A DNA stretch of 64,000 bases from Vezdaea acicularis (GCA_026025075.1 JAPEUI010000008.1:186001-250000), one strand, 5' to 3'; positions 35,301-47,759 are shown, counted from the stretch's first letter. Translations and numbers: made by a program. Notes: generated from the sequence alone by a model not told the origin.

Positions 35301-38300
35301 GTCGTCTTGCTGCCGCATCCGTAGAAACTCATGGACTTTGCGGAGGACCTCTCCAGCTTGTAGTCTGATGCCGTGGAAAGTGTGATAAAGATTGTTGCTT
35401 TGCCTGACTTCTTCTTCACTTCTAGATCTTTTGGGGAAAGGGTAGCCTGCAGGATACTTGTAAGTTGGCCTTATGACAAACTCATCTGTTGCCCTGAGGT
35501 CGTAATCTGATGGATCAATACTTCCCTCATTTTCGCTCGTCCGGAAGGTCCCTTGCGAAGATCTAGTAGTTCCGGTTTCTGGAGATGGTACTACGCGTAC
35601 GCCACGTACGGGCCGTACGGGGTTCAGATTAGGGTCCCAAGAAACAGGAATAGGCTGCCCGGAGGAGTCTATCGAGTCCGAATCAGTTGATTGGTCTTCT
35701 GGTGTCAGCTCGACTAGACTAGAGCTTTCGGAGTCCTCCGATGATCTTTGTAAACGCGCGAAAGGACGATGGCTCTCTTCGTCGATAACGTTGGAATCTA
35801 TGACGTAGGCCATGCCAGAGAGGCATAGTCGAACAAGAATCAAGTTTCTGGAAACTTCATCGGACCAATCTTTTCCAGTACCATCTAGGGCGATAGGTGA
35901 CTCTTCACTGCAAAGCGCTTCGAGCTGGATGTTCGCGGATCCTATGTGTTGTAGGGCTAATTTTGCAGCGAACTTCAAGCCTGCAGGGCTGGGCTTATGC
36001 CATTTGATGTGGAGTTCTTCAGGCCTTGTCAGCCGTCCCCAATCATTGACATCGAGGCCCTGATTAAGAGTTACTTCCTCGTATAAAGAAAAATCGAGAG
36101 CGTATGTTGCGGTCAAGTTCAGTAGGAGGTGATGAACGAAATTTGACACATGAACGCAGGGGATCCCTTTGCATCTGCTCTGCATGAACTCGGATATCTC
36201 CAAAAGTTCTTCCTCGTATGTGAGCACAGTATCACCGACATGGACGACGCACATGCTGAGCAAGCTAATATACCATACCAAAGCCCTATCTCGTGGCAAA
36301 ACGTCGGCACCGACGGTTCTTGTCGAAGCGGCAGAATTTTCCTCAATCTCAGTTCGGATCAAGTCAATCAAGCTGGGAACCAGTCGAGCAAGAGCTTTCT
36401 CTGGATTCACCTTGCAAAGCGAATTGCAAATGAAAGCCATGGCATCCCGAGCCCCGTTCACCACTGTGCTAGTGACAAAGCCAGCAATCTTTTCCAGGGC
36501 AATATCGTAAAGGTCATCGGATAGCGACGCCAGTAGGGGAGTAAATGCCGCGGGAAGTGTATTGATAACATTTTCTTCAGGGGAGCCTCCGCGGACCCGA
36601 GTCGCGTCGGGCATGTTATGGAGTAGAGTGAATAGTTTCTCCAAAAGTGAAGTGAGAAACAGTCCCAGGCTAGTCGTTGAAGAGCGTAATATCGCTGCTT
36701 CATCCTCAGAGCTAAGGTTTTCATAATCTAATTCCACGTTGGACCCTTCAACTTCCATCTTCTCCATCTCCGATCCGACCCACTGCAAGGCCAGAGTGCT
36801 GTCTTTCGGGCCGTGGTGTGGAGCGCACGGGCTTTTCGTAAGGTCATGCAGCGGTATATTGTAGCAAACTGCCTGGATGTACGAGAGTGTATGCAGTGTT
36901 TTCTCTAGATCATTTGCATCTATCCCTGGCAGCGCAAGGCCGAGTAATGATGTGACATGGCACCGAAACCCTTTGGTCAAGACCATAGTTCTCGTCAAGC
37001 TTTGAAGGGCTCTTAACGATGAGGTCGTTCGATGCACCTCAACAAGGCTCTGCATCGATGGATATATTCGTTGTAGGGCACCTGGAAGTATCAAGTTTGG
37101 CTCTAGATACGCCAAGCTCTGCAGAGTCGACAGAGAGAAGTTCATTGCAGTCCCGCTCTTCGCATAAATTCCCATGAAGACGACCTCCCGAAGACAAAGT
37201 ACGAAGCGCCGTTTAAGAGGATCCGTTAACCTCCGGCTCTCATGCACTTGCATCTCCCCACTCATTTCTCGATTCCAGCGCATGACGAAGAAGTCTGCCA
37301 GGTAGTAGACTAGCTGAGCGAGGTTCTTAGTCCAAGCACCGGAGTTGGAGGGGTGGAAGAACGTCTCAATTGATTCGATCAGACCTTCAAGAGACGTGAG
37401 GATCGAGTTCGGCGTGTCGAGACATTGTGGTGACAATGACATGACTATATATCTTGCAATAGAGTGTGGGAAAGGATGTTTTCTTTGGTCTCTATCTAGT
37501 AAGATGGACAGACCTGCTGACGCCTCAATTCCAGGGCTGTATGGTGATGTGGCCGAGCTGATAGGGATGTCTAACAACCTAAGGATGGCAGTGAAAATAA
37601 GAGACGATTGATCCTTTGTGAAGATTCCATGTTCAGAGAAAGGTATGTTATCAGCTGGAAGACAATCTCTCGCAAAGCGAGACAAGATGTCGAGAAAGTT
37701 GATATCGAATGTCTTAGAACGATTTATGAGCGACCAGAGGTGGAAGAGTGTAGGAAGATGTTGCTGGGGAAGTAGAGTTGGTTCGCTGGCCGGTGGTGGA
37801 GAAGTTGGCAGGAGCAGATTCATAAGTCCGACGACGACAAAGGCACCTTGTGGATCGGATGCGGAGAAATAGCGCAAGACCTTCTTGAGCATGGGAGAAA
37901 TCTCCTTTGGGTCAAAGTACAATTGTGCGAAAGTACAGAGCTTTGTCAAGGTGCGAATGTTGCGTCTCATCATCGGCGAGTGTGTCATGCCAGTTTCTTG
38001 AGGCAGTACCATCGACTTTAGACAGTAGTAGAGGGGTTTCCAGTCTAAAATAAGATCCTTCCCTGGTCTAAGATAGTGCTTGCGCCTATGCAAAGTTAGA
38101 TTGAGAACTTTCAAGGATAGAAAGCGAGCTTACTTTGTCAAGACCATGAACATGCTTGAGAAGCGCTCTATAGCTGTGGCATCCATCCCGGGTGCAAGGG
38201 AGAGATCGTAAAACAGCTTGACCATCTTAACCCTCTGTTCTTTTGTTGGATTGAATTTGAGACTCAGCCAACTCTTTATCTCACGTGTCCAATGCAAAGC

Positions 38301-38585
38301 GCCCGGATTGAAATCCCCAATGTATAGACATTCTTGGAGGTGCTCTAATAGCTTCATTAAATTCGCTTGTCGTTGCTCCTCTGTCTCAACCGGATACGGT
38401 AACGTTGAATAGTATTGGTATTTCCTCGGTCGAGTCCTTGTATCCTCAACTTCGCCGCCGTGCCCGTTGAGCCCGTTCGTCTCTCTCCAACCCATCCCGG
38501 GTGTAGTTGCTCGTGAGATGTCTGCTGCAACTCCAAGGTGTTGAATCGAGGCCATTAGGCCGACATCTCCATCAGGATTTGCCAT
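32391..38585 (-). CDS. BLM10: Proteasome activator Blm10/PA200; exons 38585-38134, 38085-32511, 32453-32391
   Basis: ~2050-aa HEAT-like protein with 'ETFFHPSNSGAW', 'LPGIDANDLEKT', 'RHAAVLGLGA..AFPY..PPPHWLP', 'SEFKKTRQDTW'. The last exon restores 'LEDLEGVLWKSYFA*', the proteasome-docking C-terminus. Confidence 0.95.
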
Positions 38586-39410
38586 AGTGGCTGGAGGAGC
38601 GAAAGGTGAGTTGAGCCTAAAACAATGAGAGACTGTCAGAGCTGATAGTAAGCAAAGTAGACTGCGTAGTAACCTACAACGGCCTTGTCCTATGCTTCCG
38701 GAAAGAGAAAGGTAAGCCGGGGAAGCTCCCACGAAAGTGTCTAGCTTCACAAGAAGCCTCTTAACGCTTCAGAGCTAGTCCGAGATGTGATATTCTCTCG
38801 GGTTGAGAAGGAATTACGTGGAGATGTCCAGAATCATAGGGCAATGGATCGACGTAAGTCCAGCCTCGTCTAGTGAGAGGCTGTTATTGGCGGCTGCTGC
38901 ATGCGCATATGTTGCGCAAATGAACTCGGAGCTGTAGAGCCACAAATCACGACGAATAATGCTACGACTATGGCTGGAGTCTATGCTGTGGCGGCTCCTT
39001 CCCTCGCGTGACGAAATGGATGCTGATGCTTGTGAATGCTGGGGAAAGCTTAATGTTACATAGACGCAACAGCTCAACCGAGTGTTCATGCAGCAATCAT
39101 GGGAGGGGAGAGCTCAAGGCGTTCATTGCGCATCTTACAAAAGAAATTGAAGAGTATGTAGTGGAAGTGTAACCTCAAGCTCGGTGAACATTGAAGAGGA
39201 ACGGTTAAATTATGTAAAGGAAGGTATGATCCAGTACCGCGCTATTCGCCGCCAGGCAGACAATTAACGCGCGGTATCACTGCTACTTTAGGCTTTTCCT
39301 TGGCCACACGCGAGTAGTAAGATGCTTTATAATACCCATGCAAGCTTCGAATAATTCGACCTATGATCTGAGAAAAATGCGCACGACTTGTTGTCGCCTA
39401 TGCGTCATGA

Positions 39411-40901
39411 CTATGCAGGCGGCAAGAACGACGCGAAGAGACCAGCCTGAATAATGGCATAGACCACCATCCACCGAATAACCCATCTTGAAATATTATA
39501 ATTGCGACCCCGCGGCGTTGTATTCTTAGACAGTGTCATGCATGAAGCTATCCACCAATACCACACTGCGTATCCAGAAGCAATCCGGGTGATGATCTGA
39601 ACGTGGTAGCTCGTCAAAGCGAGGGAAGCAAGGATGATCTGGGGTAGCGCGAATTTCCACAGAAGCTGCTTAGCCTCATTCTCAAACTTCACGGAGCTCC
39701 GCTCTGGCGTTCTCATATTTTTTTTCCCTCTATCATAGCCCGTACTTGTAGATATCAACATAGGAGTGTATTGAAATGTCCAGGCCCCCGATGCAAATAA
39801 AATGATAAGCATCGGTGCAGCCAGAAGGAACAGCGGTAGGTTTGAGAAGGTCCAGTACCTTAGAAATCCCACGTTCCTGAAGAGCGAATTAGCCCCAAAC
39901 TCCAAGCGTGGAGGTCAGCTCTCACCAGTAATGTGATTGAACCCAAGTATAAATGCTAGGGATCTTTCTCGTGCACCACGATCGGCCATCTATTGAGCAA
40001 TACTCATGATAACCGACCCACTGCGGAACTAATGTACCTAATGCGATGAGTACACCGCCAAGGCCAAGCGCAAAACCTCTAGAAACCATGGGGAGGGTTA
40101 GACCGTGGTCTTTGGTGTTTGCAACAAGGATAAAGGCATCGCAAAGAAAAATGACTCCGCTGAGGAGTCCATTGCCGCGAACGAAAGTTGCAAGGCCAAA
40201 TAAAAGGCCGGAAACGATGATTTTCACGCATGATCGCCATTCGCTTTTCTCTTGTACTCCATATGCATAAAAGAGATTCCCCGTGAAATTAAGAAAAGAG
40301 AAGGTGCTCTCAGAGTAAGGGGCTGAGAGAAACAGACCAGCCGGTGTGATGATGTGCAGTGAAGCAGCCAGAAACGCGAGTTTTGCTCCTGAGTTCGAGA
40401 AGACCACTTTCGTTAGCTTGAACAGTACCAGGACTGAAGCCAGATGTAGCACATGGGCTATGACCAGCGCGCTGAAGCTCTCAACCTTCGGAATGTCCGA
40501 CGTCCCGAGATGCGCAAAAACTGGTTTCCGGTTCAATTAGAGAGGTAATTGGTGTTGGCAGAAGATCCGACCTTACTATTAGACGCCCGAGATACAAGCC
40601 AGGTGAACCCTTTGCCAAAGGCCCATTCCTGCTCAAAAAGATAGCCTCGCTGAGCGGCTTTCACGAAATAGACAGCATCCCATCTAGTTAGTTTTCTGAC
40701 CAGCCCAAGCGCGGTAAATAATGAGGCATTGTCAACATGGCCATTCTTGCCAGAGAACAGGATGTCTGTTGATGTATCGTATCCAGGACCTTGACTTAGC
40801 AGTGCGACGGCAAGTAACAAAGTCTTCCACAGAAAAAACTCGACAAGCAGCAACTTTACGGGTCCAACAGGTAGGTATTGGTGAATCGACTGCAGTCGCA
40901 T
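39411..40901 (-). CDS. GPI18: GPI mannosyltransferase 2 (Gpi18/PIG-V); exons 40901-40577, 40520-39926, 39876-39411
   Basis: 'LTRWDAVYF', 'EQEWAF', 'PAGLFLSAPYSES', 'IYTWVQSHYW|NVGFLRYWT..NLPLFLLA', 'VQIITR', C-terminal 'FLPPA'; multiple transmembrane segments. Confidence 0.93.
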
Positions 40902-42446
40902 TGCGAGCCTGATTCTGAAATGGCAGATTTTCGATACCCAAGAAAGAACGATGTTCTACTGGGTAAAATAAATTCAGTTCAGGTATTAAAGTTCCCGCCT
41001 CATGTTATTCGTCGGGGTATTACCCACGAAGATCTTAAAAACAGTAGCACGGTCAGCACTTAAAATTCATTCAATAGACTAAGACCTGGAACTGACAGCA
41101 TTTTTCTGGATTTTCCGGAATTCCCTCGCATTGGATGAATTTGGCAAAGCCAAATACCGGACCAGTGTAGCGAAGGAGACTTATCAGATCTCGATCAATT
41201 TGGTGCGAGAGGGTTCGAGTTCGAACTTAGCCTCGATCTCAGTCTCAGTCTCAGTCTTATCCTCAATCCCAACCTCAATTGTTTTAGAGCTGCCCGAGCA
41301 CGGCTTCTGAATTTCTAGAAGTTATCGTGCATGAGCGTGGGGGCGCGTGCTCAACGCCGGACGAAAATCGGCCGACGAACTTGGCGTTCGGGCGTGCTCA
41401 GCTCGTTTTGGGCGCACGGGCTTGCCTTAGTGCAGCCGTATGTCCCCCAGATTTGTGCACGGAGCAGCCATTTTATGCAACCTGCATCAGCCACATATCC
41501 GTGTCCGTAGTGTAGCTCCACTTCCTTCGTTGTCCGGCATCCGTCAGAGTGGTATTGACACTTGAGCAAGCGGCCTCGTCCTCTTGCAACCGAAGCCATG
41601 CTGTGAGAGAGGCAGCGAAACAGCGATGCAGCGTTGGGCCGCCGTACGCTTTCATTGTTCATCACCAGTGCCGCCTTGCGAGGGGATCTCCACATGGGGT
41701 GTCGTGGCAAGCGCCAAGGCCACGGGAGGTCTCCTGTTTTCCCGCGATGAGGGGGCGGCCTTCTGAAGTTCCGAGAGCCGACTTCGCGCTACGGCGGGCC
41801 CCCAGAGCGTCCAACGTCGCTCGTTCGCTTTCTCCCGCGCTTCCGCTTCCTGACGAAGCCGGAAGGCCTCATTGTCTGGGCGCGCCGTCATCTCCTGACG
41901 CTTTGTCTCCGAAGAGCATTCGTCCGAGATAAGTAGACGGGCACGCCGACCCCGCAAGTTGGCCAGCGCGCGACCGTAAGGCTGCGCCATGTCTTCAGCT
42001 GAATGCTTCTGATGAGCTGCTTCTCCTGATCGTCGTTCGGCCCCCCTTGATCCGATATGTGACCATAATTTTACGGCTTACAGCTCAGCACGTTACTTTC
42101 GGCCCCGAGCGGTTCGGCCAATCCATCATAAGACTGCACCTCCCTTTCCAAAGTCTACACAAACTCGTACGTGAATCACTGCACGCCCTCCACACAACTG
42201 CTGTCAGCTTGCTGTGTGTGATATGCATGAAGAGGGCTGAACAATTCTGCCCTGACATATCCCATTTGTGTCTCCCTCGTTCCTTCTCCAATATTCAAAC
42301 ATCGTTCCGCCAACGAACTGACATCGTCAGGTGCTATGCGAAGCTGATTGCTACCAGCGCAAGGCCTCTACCATCGTTTGCGTAGTCAGAGAAACCGTCG
42401 GAGGATTAATGCTCCGCTTGCGGAGAAGGGACGACTCAGGTCTACC

Positions 42447-44345
42447 ATGCTCTTCACGCTCGGGATGACGGCCGACGCTGCTGCTGCTCATCGCCATGAA
42501 TTCTCCACTCCTCGACGTAGTCCATATACAACCCGAGGCTCCATATCTACCAAGTCCCCGTTTGCAATACCTCCATCGCCTTCTCCAATATCGAAGAAAG
42601 AAGATTTGAGCTATACCCCCACAACGACTTCGAGGCGTCCGCGTTCATCTGATACCGTGAGGAGTGCCCCGATGGTCATGTTCGCGGATGATACGGAGAA
42701 TTATAGCGATGAAGGACTATCGAGGACGAACTCTGTCGGAAGTATGACCTCAGCAAGCGGCAAGAAAAAGAAGAAGGTCAATGCACGCTCAAAGACTTCG
42801 TACCACTTTGCCCATCCAGCGCCGATCCTATCCCAGAAACAGAAACTTCATATACGACCGCGACTATTACTTCAATTACAGAAGCTGTCCGATGCAAGGA
42901 GACCAGAGCCTGTCCTGGATGTAATCCCCCCATCAACCTTCGCCTCGAAACTAGCCCAAAGGTGCCCCGCCCCCTTTAGGGGTAAGGATCGTCTTGGACC
43001 AAACGACTTAATCATCATGTCGAGCGAGGAATATGAAGAACCTGTTCGGAATAGTGGCAAATCCAACGAAGAATCTGACGAGGAGCGTTGGAGTGGAAGG
43101 GAGGTAGTTGGAACAATATGCCAGATGAAAAAGGGTGAGGGCGGGACAAGTGGCAAGGCCGAGATCTCCCTTCACGACGGCTCACTCTGGGAGGCGACGC
43201 CTCTCCTCAATGGCAGCTATGAGTTCACAAGCGTAGATGAGCACGGAATAAAGACCACTGCTCGCTGGGTAGTGCGCCGGCCACCCAACCATCGTAGGTT
43301 CTCGACTGCTCTGTCAGGAGTAAACCCTTTATCCTTGGATGAGGATAAAAGGCTCAATTTCTCTCTCATAAACCCCAATTCCCGTCGGCACCCCATCATA
43401 GCATCCTTAGGGCGCAGCTCGATAGACATTCTTGATTCATACCCCACCACATCTTCGTCTACCGCCATCCATCCGCCCACCTCGCCTATTCGAACACTTT
43501 CCTCCCAAACAAACGCGTCACTTGACGATCGTGATCCGCCTGATCGTCAGGAACGACGAACCGAGTACACCTCCCCTTCTCTCCGAACATTGATCACCGT
43601 CACTGCTATCTGGGTGGCCTTTCGTGAGAACTGGTCTCAGAACTTTCACTACCAAGACGCAATGTCAACTCCTCCATCTGCCCCTCCGGTTTATACCGTT
43701 CCTCGAAAGCCGATGCGTACGACGTCCATGCCTGTGAATCCTGGTAATGCCACTGTCGCCACCAGCAATACCGACCAAACGGCAAGATCTCGTAACTCGA
43801 TCGGAAACCGGATCATTCATTCAGGCAGTCACCTTCTCCGCCACTCGTCGATTTCAAGTCGAGCTTCCTCTCCATCAGGGAAAGAAAATGTAAATGTTCA
43901 ATCCACTAGGGCACAGCCCACTCGAGCAAACTCGACCGGTGGAGCTTTTATCCAACGCGCAAACAGTAGACGTCCAGCTTCCCAGATGTATATTAGCAAC
44001 AACACCGAATTCGGCACCTACACCACCATCACCGGCGGTAGAAACTCCGAGGAAAGCAACGAACGTGCAATCAGACAGAACCGCCACCCCGTCTCATACG
44101 GTGGCTCCGCCTTTCTCGACGCCCTCAAACCAACCAGTCGTACGCCTTCCCCCCTCGACAGAGCCGCCCGTAGACAAGTCCAAAGCGAGTATTTCCCTGA
44201 TGTCGGCGAATCCACGACCACCACCACCGAAGAAGAGCAGACTACTGGCAAGAAGCGTTTCGGCAAACTTCGCTCGCTTTTCCGTCTTGTTCGACGCGGC
44301 GCTGGAAATGGAGCTGCAAATGGTGACGGGAAAGGGACTAACTAG
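42447..44345 (+). CDS. Hypothetical protein (~632 aa) with S/R-rich disordered ends and a folded-looking core
   Basis: 1.9-kb ORF; first ATG at 42447 (the ORF track starts at TTG 42348). Core 'SYHFAHPAP...HIRPRLLLQLQ...WEATPLLNGSYEF...ARWV...FSLINPNSRRHPIIA...LITVTAIWVAFRENWS'. No function recognised. Confidence 0.8.
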   Translation: MLFTLGMTADAAAAHRHEFSTPRRSPYTTRGSISTKSPFAIPPSPSPISKKEDLSYTPTTTSRRPRSSDTVRSAPMVMFADDTENYSDEGLSRTNSVGSMTSASGKKKKKVNARSKTSYHFAHPAPILSQKQKLHIRPRLLLQLQKLSDARRPEPVLDVIPPSTFASKLAQRCPAPFRGKDRLGPNDLIIMSSEEYEEPVRNSGKSNEESDEERWSGREVVGTICQMKKGEGGTSGKAEISLHDGSLWEATPLLNGSYEFTSVDEHGIKTTARWVVRRPPNHRRFSTALSGVNPLSLDEDKRLNFSLINPNSRRHPIIASLGRSSIDILDSYPTTSSSTAIHPPTSPIRTLSSQTNASLDDRDPPDRQERRTEYTSPSLRTLITVTAIWVAFRENWSQNFHYQDAMSTPPSAPPVYTVPRKPMRTTSMPVNPGNATVATSNTDQTARSRNSIGNRIIHSGSHLLRHSSISSRASSPSGKENVNVQSTRAQPTRANSTGGAFIQRANSRRPASQMYISNNTEFGTYTTITGGRNSEESNERAIRQNRHPVSYGGSAFLDALKPTSRTPSPLDRAARRQVQSEYFPDVGESTTTTTEEEQTTGKKRFGKLRSLFRLVRRGAGNGAANGDGKGTN

Positions 44346-45649
44346 CGCCTTGGTATTATCGGCATTGTCTAAGCTTCCTTTGACAAGAAGGCATTGGGTA
44401 CTAGCGTGCTTTCAGGCGGCGGCGGCATTGCTGGTGTCATCATGCATAGAATAGATGCTGCTGTGGGGGAACATCTGAATAAACAGGTTTTCTCCTCTGC
44501 ATCTCCCTTTTGCCGTTTGATTATCTGGACGTGGTGATGGTGAGGATATGTACTCGCATGAAAACGTAGTTTTTCTTTCATGGATCTTATAGTCCTCCAA
44601 ATGATAACTGGTCTTCTTTGATCTCATCAAGCCACCAAGCCCATTCTTTAACATCCTCTAGTCCCTCCCCTGCTCCAACTCGGTCACCCCACTCTTAACC
44701 CATTCTTGTTAATGAGACCCCGTAGTATGCGTCGGATAGAATGCTTAAAGCCTCTTGGAAGCACCGTCCCCAATATCTTGTCAGCCCCTTTTGCAATCCA
44801 CTGTGCTAAGTTTGTACCGAATATGCTATTGAGACGCCTGTGGTGTAAGTCTGATAGGAGTACATGTCAGTGAGAAGTCTGAATAATGTCAAAGGGGGTA
44901 CGATTCCTGGAGATGATATGGTCTCACGGGTAATCCAGGGGTTGAGATGCCTCTCAACAAAGCTACTGTATGTTGCATTATCCGCAACATCCTGCTATGG
45001 CGAAGGTTGCTTTGGTCTTCCCTTTGTTGATCAGACAGCGTCAACATCTAAGACGTCAAGCTGACCTCTAAAGGAGGCTAATAGAAAAAAGAAATGACAG
45101 TGGAAAGATTGAGCTTTGAGATTGAAGATGATTCAATTTGACTTCTTAGGCTATAGCAGAGCTAAGGTAGGAGATGATCCGCTGAAAAGGCTAAGCAACG
45201 CCGAGACCGTAGCTAGAGTTGACGCCTAAACATGAAAGTCTTGTCAAGAAAAAGTGCCCCCGCCGCCCAACTCACGTGCCCGCCACCTGCCCCAAGTGTC
45301 CGCAAAGCGATCCGCCGCGGCGGAATTGGCGAGGGGCCCCGAATATTCATTCCGCCGCCCCGCCAACGATCACGTGCAGCCACTGCACCCCCGCTCCGCC
45401 GAGCCAAGTTTCAGATTTGTTGTTTGCGGGGGTGTTCCGGCGGTGGAAAACGGAGCTAGTCCCAACGGAATGCATTGGCGGGGGTTAGGAGGTGTCCGGA
45501 ACGTTCTAAGAGGCTCGGCGGAGCCAATCAGAGGGCCCGGACGGGGGTAGGAGGGGTGAGGAGGGGCCAGGAGGGAAATGAGCACCCTGCCAGGGGTTGT
45601 GACAGTGAATGTTGAGGTCATTGAGTCCTATTGTGAGCCAGCAGGGTGC

Positions 45650-47540
45650 TCAGGCCCCTCTGTGGGCTATAAAAGCTTCTCCCACCCCCTTCCTACCTTT
45701 GTCCACATCTTCTTTCACTCGCCTGTCTGCCTCTGTAAGGCGGGGCAGCAGTGAAAGAACGTCGTCGAGCCGGCTGGCCGGCACTACGACAACGCCTTCT
45801 ACTGGGTCGGCGAATACAATGTCATCCTAGTGGTTGACGGGTGAGCGTTCAGTGACGAGTAAGAGAGAGCCGTCCGCTTGCTATCCCGGGGTGAGCTGAC
45901 TTACAGGAGAGATAATTACGCCGTTCACCTCGATCGGTACGTTCACTGAGTGGACCTTTGACGCCGCTCCTGCTCCGACCGTGGAGGTGCCCGCTGCCCA
46001 TATCTGTCCATGTAAGTCAGCTAAAGCTCTCTGAGATGATTACGCAGTGAGCTGACACTCACAGGTAGCCCGGAGCTCTTGAGCTCACTCGAGTCTCTGA
46101 TCCTCCCTGCTACGACAACGCCCCTTGCACCTAACACTCTCATCCTCGAAGCCATAATGCCACCGAGGACGGCATTCTTTTGCCCAGGTGGCTGGCTGAT
46201 CACCACCATGCTATCTCTTCGCGTCAGGTCCACCCAGTGAGTATTCTCGGGAATGTTTCCTGGCGGCATGTCATGGTTGCTCTTGGACACAAAGCTGACA
46301 GTCGATGCTAGACCTATAGTCGGCCTTTGAGTCTCTGCCGCCACTAAACTTGGGTATAGCCTATCGAAGGGGTCTGAAGAATAATCGTCAGCCTCTCCAC
46401 AACTAGCTAAACATTCGCTTTTCGAGTAAAGAGCATCCATCGAACTTAGGATAATAACAGCCAATCAAGGGCTGCCCTGACCACTGTTCCTTCGGCTGGC
46501 GCCACGACGAAAGGTAGTCGTCGACGCCACGACCAAAGACGGTCAATGACGCCAAAACCACGGGCGGTCGTCGTCGACGCCGCCACGACGGCAGGAGTTC
46601 ATCGACAATATGATCATGAGCTGTCGTCGATGCCGCCAAAAAGGGTGAATCTACCGCTCACCCCTGCGGTGGGCGCCGAACGGCGGATGGTAGGCTTCTG
46701 AAACCTCCGTCCTCCGCGGCGCCTGTGGAACGGAGTACCCTCTCGCTCCATTCTGAGGGCCTTGGAGTTGTAGCAACCTCATCGACTACACCGCCGCAAT
46801 CCTGAGTGAGGCACCGTCTCGACCCACTCAGGCGGCGGGATCCAAGGCCTGTAGAGAGGTGCCGGCGTACGCGAGACGGCGTACGCCGGGGACTTAGCAA
46901 TAAGCACCTCTCTGCCCTAGCTTGACTAGACGAGAGACATTGGCCGCCCCTGCGGGGGTGATACACCAGCAGGTAGGCTTGGTACGCCCCTAGGGGCGGC
47001 CGCTATCACGCCAAAGCAACACCCCCGGGACGCTGCCATTATTTCCCTGGCCTGGGGGACGACAAGTCTCTTGTAGGAAGTCCTACGGGACGTCGTCTCC
47101 TCGGAGGGCCTTACCAGAGGTCTCTCTGGAATGCCAGTCGGCTGGCGGGAGGGCCAGCCGACGGGGCATTCCCCGGTATGCCCGACGCCCGGGGGGACGG
47201 CCAGTCAAGGGGGCATTTCCCGGGCATGCCCGACGCCTGGGGGGGCAACGGCCGGCGAGGCCTTCCCTGGAATGCCTGACGCCGGGGGGCAACGGCCAGC
47301 CAACGGGGCATTCCCCGGAATAAATGGAGAATCAACACTCCAGACTTACGAATGTCGGCCAAAAAGCCGGCTTCGGACAGACCGAGCTTGAGCAGAGCAT
47401 CGGAGACCTATCTCCCCCGATTCCGTAAGTAAATATCCCCGATATCCAGTCAATGATAATCAATCAATACGTACGTCGCATACTGAGTACTTCTCCAGCG
47501 GAGATAGGTCGGGCCGTACCTCCCTGGCGGCCGCCGTCAT
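45650..47540 (-). CDS. RraA-like / HMG-aldolase family protein; exons 47540-47475, 47407-47350, 46373-46063, 46003-45905, 45826-45650
   Basis: Spliced protein MTAAAREVRPDLSPLEKYSVCD|VSDALLKLGLSEAGFLADI|HPFD...NAVLGGIMASRMRVLGARGVVVAGRIRDSSEL...P|IWAAGTSTVGAG...VNVPIEVNGVIISP|DDIVFADPVEGVVVVP...AFIAHRGA*. All junctions are GT-AG and in frame; intron 2 is 976 nt. Confidence 0.88.
47119..47320. repeat. GC-rich ~47-bp degenerate minisatellite (~4.3 units) with a palindromic core, inside intron 2 of the RraA-like gene
   Basis: Cores GGCATTCCCCGGTATGCC (47165), GGCATTTCCCGGGCATGCC (47212), GGCCTTCCCTGGAATGCC (47259) and GGCATTCCCCGGAA (47307); spacing 47/47/48. Confidence 0.85.
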
Positions 47541-47759
47541 CTGAACAAGATCAGCTGAATGGATTTCCCGGGCCCTGCGCTCTCGACGCCACGATCGTGG
47601 GCTTCGAAAGGCGAAGCTACAGCTGGGTTTTCGCGGGGGGAAGCGGCGTAAGCCCGGGAGGCTTACGCTAGCGTTACAGATACCGCTGATGTGGGACCCC
47701 CTTCGAGGGACCGAAAAGCGTCCAGGTCGCTGAATCGCGATTAGAATGAAGATGGAGTC

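Noticed and set aside
46021..46464. RraA-like ORF as a 5'-truncated pseudogene
   Set aside because: The missing N-terminal exons were found at 47540-47350 and splice in frame across a long intron.
46374..47349. TPP riboswitch in the long intron
   Set aside because: No CTGAGA...ATACC...CTTGAT..GGATAAT-type consensus seen, and the host is not a thiamine gene.
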